From: Bacilli bacterium | GTDB lineage: Bacteria; Bacillota_I; Bacilli_A; RFN20; CAG-826 | DNA length: 58,256 bases | NCBI GenBank assembly: GCA_024407995.1 | Contig: JAKSVL010000002.1 | Coordinates: 1 to 58,256, forward strand | Direction of reading: 5' to 3' | Part shown: positions 1-8,395 of the stretch, in pieces | Position numbering within the stretch: the first letter of the stretch is position 1 | Layout: every line of letters begins with the position of its first letter | Notes under the pieces: generated by a model | The model's input: only the letters and a program-made list of their open reading frames with translations | What the model was told of the DNA's origin: nothing | Databases searched by the model: none | Translations under genes and position numbers: made by a program

Positions 1-2
1 AC

Positions 3-1517
3 GCTGAAGACATTGGCTCTACACCAATCACAGCAATCAGTGAAGATAAAGGCATTGTTGATACATGCAATGTAACTGTTGTTGAAGATCATATTACTAA
101 AACAGAATTGAAGTATTTTTCTAAAGATTATGTAGATAATACAAGTTTTAATTTCTATGATTATTCACCACATACAGGCAATGTTTATGTACTTGTTCTT
201 CCACTCTCTTTCTCTGATACTGGTACATTTATTTCGGATAAAGCACAAGTTAAGAATGACATTGAAACTGCTTTTTTTGGAACTAATGAGGAAACAGGTT
301 GGAGAAGCGTTAAAACCTTCTATGAAGAAGAATCGTTTGGCGCTATTAAAATTAATGGTGTTGTCGCCGATTGGTATGAATGCGGTAAACCATATTCTAA
401 TTACGGAGTTAATCAAGACTTCAATACTTTGGACTTAATTAACGATGCTCTCAAGGATTATAAGAATAAGCACAACGATATTGATTGGAACTTATATGAT
501 CAAGACAACAATGGTCATATTGATAACGTTGTAGCAATTTACGGTGCTCCTACTTATACTAACTTGAATAAACCTGAATGGGATAACCTTTGGAGTTGGG
601 CAAGGAACGAAGGCTATAATGCAAAAGTGGGTAAACCAACTTTAGGCTATTATGTATTATCGTCATACACCTGTATGTATCGTTCTGCCGAAGATGCATT
701 AGCACATACAGGAAAATCTTCATACTTTAGTGGCCAAGGAAACACAACTATTGATGCCCATGTTTATATTCATGAAATGGGACATATGTTCGGCTTATTG
801 GATTACTACGATTATGGACAAGCAACTAGTCCAACAGGTATTTTTGGAATGCAAGATTCCGATGCTTTCATGCATGATCCTTATTCAATGTTAACCTTTG
901 GATGGTCTCAGCCATATATTCCTACATCATCTTGTGAAATTGACCTCGGCAACTTTGTTGAAACAGGTGATTGTATACTTCTATCTCCTGATTTCAATAA
1001 GAATGCTTCACCATTTGATGAATACCTTCTTATTAACGTCTTTTCGCCAACAGGATTAAATGAAAACGATGTACTTTACCATTACAATCGTTCTGGAGAT
1101 ATGGATGAATGTGGCGTTCAAGTTTGGCATGTTGATGCTCGTTTGGTAAGAGGCACGAATTACAACATAAACAATCTCACAACTTTGCCAGTTAAAAATG
1201 CTGATGGTGGAATAAGATTTGCTTTTTCCAATAGCAGTCTTGCAGCAGAAGAAGAAAGAATCTCACCATTAGGACGTGACTACGCGAAGTACAATATGCT
1301 TTATTTAGTTAGAAACGATACCAAAATGGCATATGACAATAGTTACATATACGACAAACGTGATTTGTTTAAACAAGGCGACATATTTACAATGGATAAA
1401 TATAAAACCCAATTCCCAGATGGAAATAAACTAGATAATGGACAATCATTAGGATGGCAATTTGAAGTAGCCTCCTTAAACAATGGTGGTGCAACCATTA
1501 AAGTAACAAAACTCTAA
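3..1517 (+). CDS. Secreted zinc metalloprotease, M6 (immune inhibitor A)-like; 5'-truncated by the window edge
   Basis: Frame 3 is open from base 3 (AEDIGSTPITAISEDKGIVDTCNVTVVEDH, Ig-like tail) into track ORF 108..1517, so the TTG at 108 is not the true start. HEMGHMFGLLDYYDY fits the M6 pattern HExGHxxGLxDxYD. TAA stop is followed by a hairpin and T-run. Confidence 0.7.
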   Translation, partial: AEDIGSTPITAISEDKGIVDTCNVTVVEDHITKTELKYFSKDYVDNTSFNFYDYSPHTGNVYVLVLPLSFSDTGTFISDKAQVKNDIETAFFGTNEETGWRSVKTFYEEESFGAIKINGVVADWYECGKPYSNYGVNQDFNTLDLINDALKDYKNKHNDIDWNLYDQDNNGHIDNVVAIYGAPTYTNLNKPEWDNLWSWARNEGYNAKVGKPTLGYYVLSSYTCMYRSAEDALAHTGKSSYFSGQGNTTIDAHVYIHEMGHMFGLLDYYDYGQATSPTGIFGMQDSDAFMHDPYSMLTFGWSQPYIPTSSCEIDLGNFVETGDCILLSPDFNKNASPFDEYLLINVFSPTGLNENDVLYHYNRSGDMDECGVQVWHVDARLVRGTNYNINNLTTLPVKNADGGIRFAFSNSSLAAEEERISPLGRDYAKYNMLYLVRNDTKMAYDNSYIYDKRDLFKQGDIFTMDKYKTQFPDGNKLDNGQSLGWQFEVASLNNGGATIKVTKL

Positions 1518-1538
1518 TCGCACAAAAAATAAAAAACA

Positions 1539-1577
1539 GGGCTGTTAGATAAATCAAGATGCTAGCAGTCCTTTTTT
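1539..1577 (+). terminator. Intrinsic terminator after the metalloprotease gene
   Basis: GGGCTGTTAG (1539-1548) pairs with CTAGCAGTCC (1562-1571), including two G-U wobbles, and is followed by T6. Confidence 0.6.
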
Positions 1578-1620
1578 ATAAAAAGAAAAATAGATGTTAA
1601 AAACGAAAAATACTCTTGCT

Positions 1621-1649
1621 TTGACTTGATAACAGAACTTTGTTATATT
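1621..1649 (+). promoter_or_regulatory. Sigma-A type promoter for the zinc-ribbon membrane protein gene
   Basis: TTGACT (1621-1626), 17-nt spacer, TATATT (1644-1649), 27 nt upstream of the ATG at 1677. Confidence 0.55.
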
Positions 1650-1676
1650 CATTGCAAGAAAGTTGGTTGAATTTTT

Positions 1677-2072
1677 ATGAAATATAAATGCCCATTCTGT
1701 AACTATGAATCTGATCAAGCGTTTGCTTTCTGCCCCAAGTGTGGTAAACAAGTTGTTGTTGATCAACAAGCTAATGCAGTTGAAGCTGCCCCGAAGAAAA
1801 AGAATAACATTCTCTCTATCTTAGGCTTTGCTTTTGGCATCTTAAGCAATGCGCTTTTGTGGATTCTTCTCGCAAGAACTCATTCAATGCCTCCATCATC
1901 TACTGTGACAATTTTTATGATTGTGGATTTAGCTATTGCCGCTGCTGGTGTTACTACCACTTCAATCGGTATTAAACAATCTAAAAGATTTGTTGCTCCG
2001 GGCTTAATCTTCTCTATATTCACTACAGCATTTTCTTTCTTCTATTTAGTAACAGTCATTGCTTCTATCTAG
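1677..2072 (+). CDS. Zinc-ribbon domain membrane protein (function unknown)
   Basis: N-terminal CPFC-x13-CPKC zinc ribbon, followed by about three hydrophobic helices. Confidence 0.7.
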   Translation: MKYKCPFCNYESDQAFAFCPKCGKQVVVDQQANAVEAAPKKKNNILSILGFAFGILSNALLWILLARTHSMPPSSTVTIFMIVDLAIAAAGVTTTSIGIKQSKRFVAPGLIFSIFTTAFSFFYLVTVIASI

Positions 2073-2085
2073 AAATTAAATAACA

Positions 2086-2130
2086 TTAAAAATACCCCTT
2101 TCCAGGTTTTCCGGAATAGGGGTATTTTTG
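2086..2130. terminator. Bidirectional intrinsic terminator between convergent genes
   Basis: ATACCCCT (2092-2099) pairs with AGGGGTAT (2118-2125), with an inner TTCC(A)GG/CCGGAA extension. An A-run lies upstream and a T-run downstream. Confidence 0.7.
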
Positions 2131-2155
2131 TTTTAAGTATAACTAGCTAGTATGT

Positions 2156-2863
2156 TTAGCCATTCACTTCTACATCTGTGAAGAATGTGACTGTTCTAAT
2201 GCCAGGCATAATAAAGCTTGAACCTGTACCAACAGATGTTTTGAAAACTAAAGTGTTAATTCCGCTAATGAGGTGAGTGTCTTTTAAGACAAGGTGTTGA
2301 TATTCACCCGTTTTTGGCAAGGCGAAATTAACTGTAGAAACTTGGAGACCATTAATCTCAATAATGACATAGTCAGTTAAGTTACTAACTGTTTGTGATG
2401 TTACTTCACCGATATTTAAGACAATATCAATATCAGATTCACCATAACCATTAGTTTCTAATGTGAATGTCATCGAGCCACCATTTGTAAAACCTTTAGC
2501 GATTTCCCATGAAGTATCGCTAACTTCTACAAATGTTGGTTCTGTTCCAGCTTTCTCGAGTTCAATAGTTGCATTGTGAGCATCGAAAACATAGTCTGTT
2601 CCATAGTCACTCTTAGATTGGACGACCGTTTTAGATGAATCATCGTATTCAACATATTCGTTATCGTAAAGAATTTCTTTAGGAAGTTGAGGAAGAATGG
2701 CATTAATTTCTTCTTTGTTTCTTTCATATTCTTTTTCGTAATTGGAATAACTGATTGCCGAAGAGATGAATGAAACACCGCTAATAACAATAGCGACAAC
2801 TCCAACAAGAATAGAGACAGAAGCAATAATATGATTTTTAATGAAATTTAAAATCTTATTCAT
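2156..2863 (-). CDS. N-terminally membrane-anchored protein with beta-rich ectodomain (possible carbohydrate-binding module); function unknown
   Basis: One N-terminal TM helix (IIASVSILVGVVAIVISGVSFI). Its start overlaps the GH3 stop by 8 nt (ATGAATAA on the minus strand). No catalytic motif recognised. Confidence 0.6.
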   Translation of the reverse strand: MNKILNFIKNHIIASVSILVGVVAIVISGVSFISSAISYSNYEKEYERNKEEINAILPQLPKEILYDNEYVEYDDSSKTVVQSKSDYGTDYVFDAHNATIELEKAGTEPTFVEVSDTSWEIAKGFTNGGSMTFTLETNGYGESDIDIVLNIGEVTSQTVSNLTDYVIIEINGLQVSTVNFALPKTGEYQHLVLKDTHLISGINTLVFKTSVGTGSSFIMPGIRTVTFFTDVEVNG

Positions 2864-5800
2864 TTGTATCTTCCTCCTCTTTCTTTGGTTTTCTGAAGAA
2901 ACCTTGAATGTTTAATGCACATGCGGCCACAGCGATAATTAAGCCACCATAGACAAATGCATCTAGGGTAATAATTGCTGGTTGCCACCATAGATATGCT
3001 CTCTTAGCTTCTAACGAAACTACAATTTCAGAAGGATGATCAACTGAAGCGTTGTAAGTAGCATTTCTATATAAGGAGTGTGTGTAACTGTAAGCGATTT
3101 CGTGAATAGCATCGCGCATACGAAGTTGTACACGAATTGGAGTATTGCTTGCGTTACCAATTGCGTTAGCTTGTGAACCAGTAGCGGATTGGAGAATGAT
3201 GTTTCCACCAAAGCGGAAATGGAATCCCCAGTCCATGTTTGTGGCGTTTTCAGTCATGTCGGTAATAATTTGCCCACGGAATCCCCATTCGTTACGGAGA
3301 ACGCCTTGGATTAAAGCTTCGTTGCCGCCAGCCCAAATACCACCAATACGGTTGAAGGATGTCATGATACCAACTGTTCCACCGTTTTTAACAGCTTCTT
3401 CGAAGGAACGGAGATATAATTCACGCATTGCTTGTTCGGTAGTCCAAGTCATTAAAGCCATTCTGTTAAAATCTTGATCATTTAAAGCAAAGTGCTTAAC
3501 GAATGTTGTGTGACCATAAACGCTGATACCTTTGATAATTTCAGATACATAGCGACCGGAAAGAATTGGGTCTTCTGATTGATAACCGCAGTTTCTACCA
3601 CCATAAGTAGAGCGGTGTAAGTTACAGTTTGGAGAATAAATTGCATCCTTACCGGCGGAGTTCATATCATTGCCCATGCTCTTACCGAGTTTATAAGTAA
3701 GTGATCTGTTCCAAGCTTGGCAAACCATTGTTGGGCCAGGATAAGCTGGACAGTTAACATTATCATTTTGGCCTAAGCCGCCACCAATCATAGCAGCGCC
3801 TTCAGCATGTGAATAAGCATTGTCTTTTGTTTCACGAAGACCGATTTCAGTAATGCCGCTTGCTTTGTATTGTGAGTTCATACTGACAATGTGTTTTGCG
3901 GTGTCAAATGGAACTTGATCAAGGAGACTTTCCCAACCTGGATCGTCATAATCTGCACCAAGTTGCATACCTAAATCTGTAAGTTTACCATTTTCGATAA
4001 GACGGCCATTACCGCCACTACCCCAAGTAAGTGATTCTTGAGGAATTGGATTACCGAAGTAATCTTCTGTAGCATTGTCCCAATTGTCAGACATTGCTTT
4101 GTTATAGGAATAATTATCAACAACAATACCATTTGCACGGTTTTTTAATTTGTCAGTCCATGGCTTATCTGGTTCACATTCAGTAAGTAATGGTGGGAAG
4201 TTGTTACGATGGACGAATTCAATGTTTTGATCAACAGATGAACCATCAGTTGGCATGCCTTCATAAGCGTTTTCACCTGTGAAACGGTTTTCAACTGTAG
4301 CGCCTGTTACTTCGTCTTCGTCAATCATGATGTCTTCATCAACTGAGTAAGTTAAATGATCTTTGTACATGTCTTTGACGTTGTGTGCGTCAGTCATGAA
4401 ATAAAGTTCGTAATCACCATGTTCGAGTTCATAACCAGTATGTTTATTTTTGTTTGCATCATAATCATCGTATGATTTGAAATCTTTGGTGTCGACTTCG
4501 ATTTCAAGAGTAGCAGTTTCTCCTGGTTTAAGTTCAGGAGTCTTTTCGTAACCCACTAATTTACGTGATGATTTTTCAATACCACCTTCGTAATATGGTG
4601 CGGTTAAATAGATTTCAACGACATCTTTACCTTTGTATTCACCTTCATTGGTGACATCAATTTTGATTGTAATTGTTTCGTCTTCAGAAATTGTGGAGCC
4701 ATCTGCTTTGCTAGCTTCATTGAATTCCCATTTAAATGTTGAATAACTTAAACCAAAACCAAATGGATATTGGACAACATTTTCATAGCCGCCGTATTCT
4801 TCTGTATCCCAGAAGCCTTCAGCGTCAGCGGTTTCGAACCAACGATAACCCATATAGATGCCTTCGGTGTATTCAACATAACACGCATAGTTATAGAAAG
4901 CACCGCCGCCAGCGCCTCTACCTGCTTTTGAGAAGTAGTCTGAAGAGGAACCGCCTGTATAGTGACGTGTGTGCTTAGCGCATGAGCGGAAATATGTAAT
5001 GTTGTATTCTGGGCGATATGGTGTTGTATCGGTCATACGACCAGAAGGATTGGTTGTACCAAAAATTACATCAGGAATAGCGAGTGCACCTTGACCACCT
5101 GTAACGCCAACATTAAGAACAGCATCAATACCATCAGGTGTGTCTTTGTTGATGATATCGACAAAATCTAATGTCATATTGTTTGTAGAATTGACCACAA
5201 CAACAACATTTTCGAAATCTTTTGCTAATTGACGAAGGGTGTATTCTTCTTCAGTAGAGATTTCAAGATAAGTTCTTGTTTCATCTTTTGGTTGGCCTTC
5301 ACATTTGTTTTGATAATGTGGGCAGTCACTGTTTTCACCAGCGTGACGAGAGATAACAAAAAATGCAGTGTCACTGTAATCTTTCGCTCTTTCGTAAATT
5401 TGTTGATATTCTGTTTGGGTTTCTAGAGATGGCTCACGGATTTGGAAGAATGAATCAAAGTTGGCCATAATGGTGTTCGAATCACCCTCTGCTTGGTGCC
5501 ATTTCTTGTAATAAGTTGGAAGTTCTGGGTTGACAGAAATACCACGTTTCTCTAATGCGGAATTGAAATCGTAAGAGACGTGGCCATTGGTTCCAACTCT
5601 TTCTGAACCAGATGACATGATGTACCAGTCGATTGAACCATGTCCGAAAACATTGACTTGGGACACATCGCTTTTGTCAAGAGGTAACGTACCGTTGTTG
5701 TGAAGCATGACAATACCTTCACGTTCACATTCAATCGCTAGCTCATCACCCATGCCTGAGAGATTTTGCGTACGAGCGGCTGTATCTTCAGGAGCTGGGC

Positions 5801-5939
5801 ATAAGTAAGTAGTTAATGTGTTTGCGTAAACATTAAAAGCAATATCGTTGCCAATCGCTAGGGCTACACCAACTGCAGCGATAACTGGCAATGAAGCTAT
5901 CGATATGATTAACTTAGCTTTGTTATTAGATTTACTCAT
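2856..5939 (-). CDS. Glycoside hydrolase family 3 (beta-glucosidase/beta-xylosidase-like), domain-permuted, TM helices at both termini
   Basis: GH3 sandwich-domain motifs and PFGFGLSYSTF plus an Fn3-like segment lie in the first ~480 aa. GH3 barrel motifs KHFALNDQDFNR (~aa 815) and WGFRGQIITD (~aa 880, nucleophile Asp) lie near the C-terminus. N-terminal helix: LIISIASLPVIAAVGVALAI. C-terminal helix: AFVYGGLIIAVAACAL. Confidence 0.85.
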   Translation of the reverse strand: MSKSNNKAKLIISIASLPVIAAVGVALAIGNDIAFNVYANTLTTYLCPAPEDTAARTQNLSGMGDELAIECEREGIVMLHNNGTLPLDKSDVSQVNVFGHGSIDWYIMSSGSERVGTNGHVSYDFNSALEKRGISVNPELPTYYKKWHQAEGDSNTIMANFDSFFQIREPSLETQTEYQQIYERAKDYSDTAFFVISRHAGENSDCPHYQNKCEGQPKDETRTYLEISTEEEYTLRQLAKDFENVVVVVNSTNNMTLDFVDIINKDTPDGIDAVLNVGVTGGQGALAIPDVIFGTTNPSGRMTDTTPYRPEYNITYFRSCAKHTRHYTGGSSSDYFSKAGRGAGGGAFYNYACYVEYTEGIYMGYRWFETADAEGFWDTEEYGGYENVVQYPFGFGLSYSTFKWEFNEASKADGSTISEDETITIKIDVTNEGEYKGKDVVEIYLTAPYYEGGIEKSSRKLVGYEKTPELKPGETATLEIEVDTKDFKSYDDYDANKNKHTGYELEHGDYELYFMTDAHNVKDMYKDHLTYSVDEDIMIDEDEVTGATVENRFTGENAYEGMPTDGSSVDQNIEFVHRNNFPPLLTECEPDKPWTDKLKNRANGIVVDNYSYNKAMSDNWDNATEDYFGNPIPQESLTWGSGGNGRLIENGKLTDLGMQLGADYDDPGWESLLDQVPFDTAKHIVSMNSQYKASGITEIGLRETKDNAYSHAEGAAMIGGGLGQNDNVNCPAYPGPTMVCQAWNRSLTYKLGKSMGNDMNSAGKDAIYSPNCNLHRSTYGGRNCGYQSEDPILSGRYVSEIIKGISVYGHTTFVKHFALNDQDFNRMALMTWTTEQAMRELYLRSFEEAVKNGGTVGIMTSFNRIGGIWAGGNEALIQGVLRNEWGFRGQIITDMTENATNMDWGFHFRFGGNIILQSATGSQANAIGNASNTPIRVQLRMRDAIHEIAYSYTHSLYRNATYNASVDHPSEIVVSLEAKRAYLWWQPAIITLDAFVYGGLIIAVAACALNIQGFFRKPKKEEEDTNE

Positions 5940-6248
5940 TTTGTTTTCCTTTCTTTAAGGGAATTAAATAACATTTGCATCGTAGACCCCTTAAAATCTA
6001 CATACAAAAAGAGAAAACATGTAATTTGCAGGCAAATACGTTTCTCATATTTACATGATATTTGGTGACCCCTTAATCTTTATATGTTTTTATTGTTCTT
6101 TTTATATGACTTTTTTGCGCACGCACGCTCAAAAGTCAATAAGTTAACAAGATTTTCATAGAATACGTTTGTTGTTTTGATTAACATCAATTACACGTTT
6201 GTCTTTTTCTTGCATATTTAATAAATAAGATAATAGAATATTTGTGCT

Positions 6249-6333
6249 GCACCTATGGCGGAACTGGCAGACGCGCTAGACTTAGGATCTAGTGGGGCAA
6301 CCCGTACAGGTTCGATTCCTGCTAGGTGCACCA
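6249..6333 (+). tRNA. tRNA-Leu (anticodon UAG), class II with long variable arm, CCA encoded
   Basis: Acceptor GCACCTA/TAGGTGC. Anticodon stem-loop CTAGA-CTTAGGA-TCTAG. T-arm AGGTTCGATTCCT. Very similar to Bacillus tRNA-Leu as recalled. Confidence 0.9.
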
Positions 6334-6345
6334 TTAAATATACAA

Positions 6346-6372
6346 AGATGATATTGAATATCGTCTTTTTTT
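6346..6372 (+). terminator. Intrinsic terminator after tRNA-Leu
   Basis: AGATGATA / TATCGTCT hairpin followed by T7. Confidence 0.6.
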
Positions 6373-6453
6373 ATGTAACTAGCAGAATTGTTAATACGCT
6401 TTCACTTTGTTTTATATTAGAAATATAATAAAATTATTAACGGAGGGATGGGT

Positions 6454-7371
6454 ATGTATTTAATAGAAACAAATAATCTTTGTAAAAAATATTCACGCAA
6501 ATGTGTTGTTGACCACGTTAACATGCATATCGAAGAATCTTCTATTTATGGATTCGTCGGTGAGAATGGTAGTGGTAAGACTACTATTATGCGTTTGTTA
6601 ACAGGCCTCGCAGAACCAACGTCTGGCTCTTTTACTTTATTTGGTGTTAACAATAAAGATAGACGTATCTATAAAGTTAGACAGCAAATGTCCGCTATCG
6701 TAGAAGCCACCTCTTTAGTGCCCACTATGACAGCTAGAGAAAACATCATTTACCAAGAATTGTATCTTGGCCTCAAATTAACAGATCAAGAAAGAACGGA
6801 TCTTTTAACAAAAGTCCATCTAGAAAATGTCGGTAATAAAAAAGTTAAAAACTTCTCTTTAGGTATGAAACAGAGACTAGGCATCGCTATGGCGTTAATT
6901 ACCAAGCCAAAACTCATGCTTCTTGACGAACCTATGAATGGCTTAGACCCAGAAGGTATCGCAGAATTAAGAGAGTTATTAATCGAATTAAATAGAAAAG
7001 AAGGCATTACGGTATTGATTTCATCTCATATTCTTTCTGAACTCGAGAAGATTGCCTCTTGCTATGGTTTCATCTCGAAAGGTCACCTTATTGAAGAAAT
7101 CAGCGTTGAAGAATTACAAAGAAGATGCCGCAAATCACTTAGTATAAAAGTCGATAAAGTTGATGCTGCAGAAAATGCTTTAACAAAACTTGGTATCAAG
7201 GATTACAAAGTAATGCCAAATGGCGATGTAATGATTTATGACAATATTAATATAAATAAAATTGTTTTAGCATTAAGCGCTGCACAAGTTAACATTTTGA
7301 ATATTAATTCCTCTGATGAATCGGTTGAAGATTATTATTTAAATCTCGTGAGAGAAAGGGAGGCTAGATAA
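6454..7371 (+). CDS. ABC transporter ATP-binding protein (ABC-2/bacitracin-lantibiotic exporter type)
   Basis: Walker A GENGSGKTT, signature FSLGMKQRLG, Walker B LMLLDEPMNGLD, H-loop SSHIL. SD GGAGGG (6442-6447) fits the ATG at 6454, not the track start at 6448. Confidence 0.85.
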   Translation: MYLIETNNLCKKYSRKCVVDHVNMHIEESSIYGFVGENGSGKTTIMRLLTGLAEPTSGSFTLFGVNNKDRRIYKVRQQMSAIVEATSLVPTMTARENIIYQELYLGLKLTDQERTDLLTKVHLENVGNKKVKNFSLGMKQRLGIAMALITKPKLMLLDEPMNGLDPEGIAELRELLIELNRKEGITVLISSHILSELEKIASCYGFISKGHLIEEISVEELQRRCRKSLSIKVDKVDAAENALTKLGIKDYKVMPNGDVMIYDNININKIVLALSAAQVNILNINSSDESVEDYYLNLVREREAR

Positions 7372-7372
7372 T

Positions 7373-8212
7373 ATGGGTCGTTTATTTAAAGCATTCCTTT
7401 TTAAATTAAAAAGAGATTTAACATTTAGAATTACTTTAATTATTGGCGCTGCTTTTGCAGTTCTTATGACATTTCTGTTCTTCTTGATTGATGCGACCAC
7501 TTATGAGTCAGGAGGCAGCTTCATGAGGACACTTACTGGACCAAATATGTTTTTAAACTCTATTTCTCCAGTACAAAATTTTGGCATTTCAATTCCAGTC
7601 AATCTTATTTCTTTTACATGCTTAGAATTTACTCAAGGCACAATTAGAAACAAAATCATTAGTGGTAATTCAAAATTAAAGATTTATTTGTCATTATTCT
7701 TATCAGGTTTAGTCTTTACCTTTGCGTTATTCTTTGCCTATGCCGGTTTATGCACTCTTTTTGGCACAATCTTTGGAGGATTTAACCTTGATGATCCTGT
7801 CCTCAGTGTGTTCGGTACTTTGGGCACAGGCTACGTTGATGCTTCCTATCTTGTCCGCACATTGATAATGACTCTTCTTATTTATGTTACTATTGCTGCA
7901 TTTACTATTTTTATCTCTGCGACATTTAGATCAATCGGCCCATCGATTCCAATTGTCATTGTGGTATTAATGATTGCTTTCTTTAGTGGCTTTATTTTCT
8001 CGGTAGCCTACCAAGACAATGAAACACTTATCACTATCATGAAGGTTGTTAATCCTCTTTATGGTATGTCTGCTGCACAGATAAATATTGAAACTGGCGC
8101 TATGTTAATTGATGACAGTACATTTATATGTTCGATTGTCTGCAATTTAGTTTATACAGTACTATTCACCTTCTTTGGCGCTCTCATCTTCACAAAGAAA
8201 GACGTCAAATAA
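7373..8212 (+). CDS. ABC-2 type transporter permease
   Basis: About 6 hydrophobic helices. Starts 1 nt after the ATPase stop (TAATATG). Confidence 0.75.
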   Translation: MGRLFKAFLFKLKRDLTFRITLIIGAAFAVLMTFLFFLIDATTYESGGSFMRTLTGPNMFLNSISPVQNFGISIPVNLISFTCLEFTQGTIRNKIISGNSKLKIYLSLFLSGLVFTFALFFAYAGLCTLFGTIFGGFNLDDPVLSVFGTLGTGYVDASYLVRTLIMTLLIYVTIAAFTIFISATFRSIGPSIPIVIVVLMIAFFSGFIFSVAYQDNETLITIMKVVNPLYGMSAAQINIETGAMLIDDSTFICSIVCNLVYTVLFTFFGALIFTKKDVK

Positions 8213-8233
8213 CTTAATAAATCAAACGAATCA

Positions 8234-8258
8234 AGCGTCGAAACATCGGCGCTTTTTT
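8234..8258 (+). terminator. Intrinsic terminator after the ABC-2 pair
   Basis: AGCGTCG / CGGCGCT hairpin followed by T6. Confidence 0.6.
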
Positions 8259-8376
8259 CGTTGCTTGAAAATGACAAAATTGATACACGTGTGCCTTCTT
8301 TTCGCTATTAAAAAACGCAATAAATTTAAAAAAAGAAGTTAAGAATTTACTTTTTTTAATGGTTGAACAAATTATG

Positions 8377-8385
8377 TGCTATAAT
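8377..8385 (+). promoter_or_regulatory. Extended -10 promoter element (TGcTATAAT)
   Basis: TGCTATAAT ends 10 nt before the ATG at 8396. No SD lies in between. Confidence 0.45.
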
Positions 8386-8395
8386 TTGATAAATT

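Noticed and set aside
6010-6060. CcpA cre site upstream of the GH3 gene (TGAGAAACGTATTTGC on the minus strand).
   Set aside because: It does not fit the TGWNANCGNTNWCA spacing; the central CG is shifted by one base.
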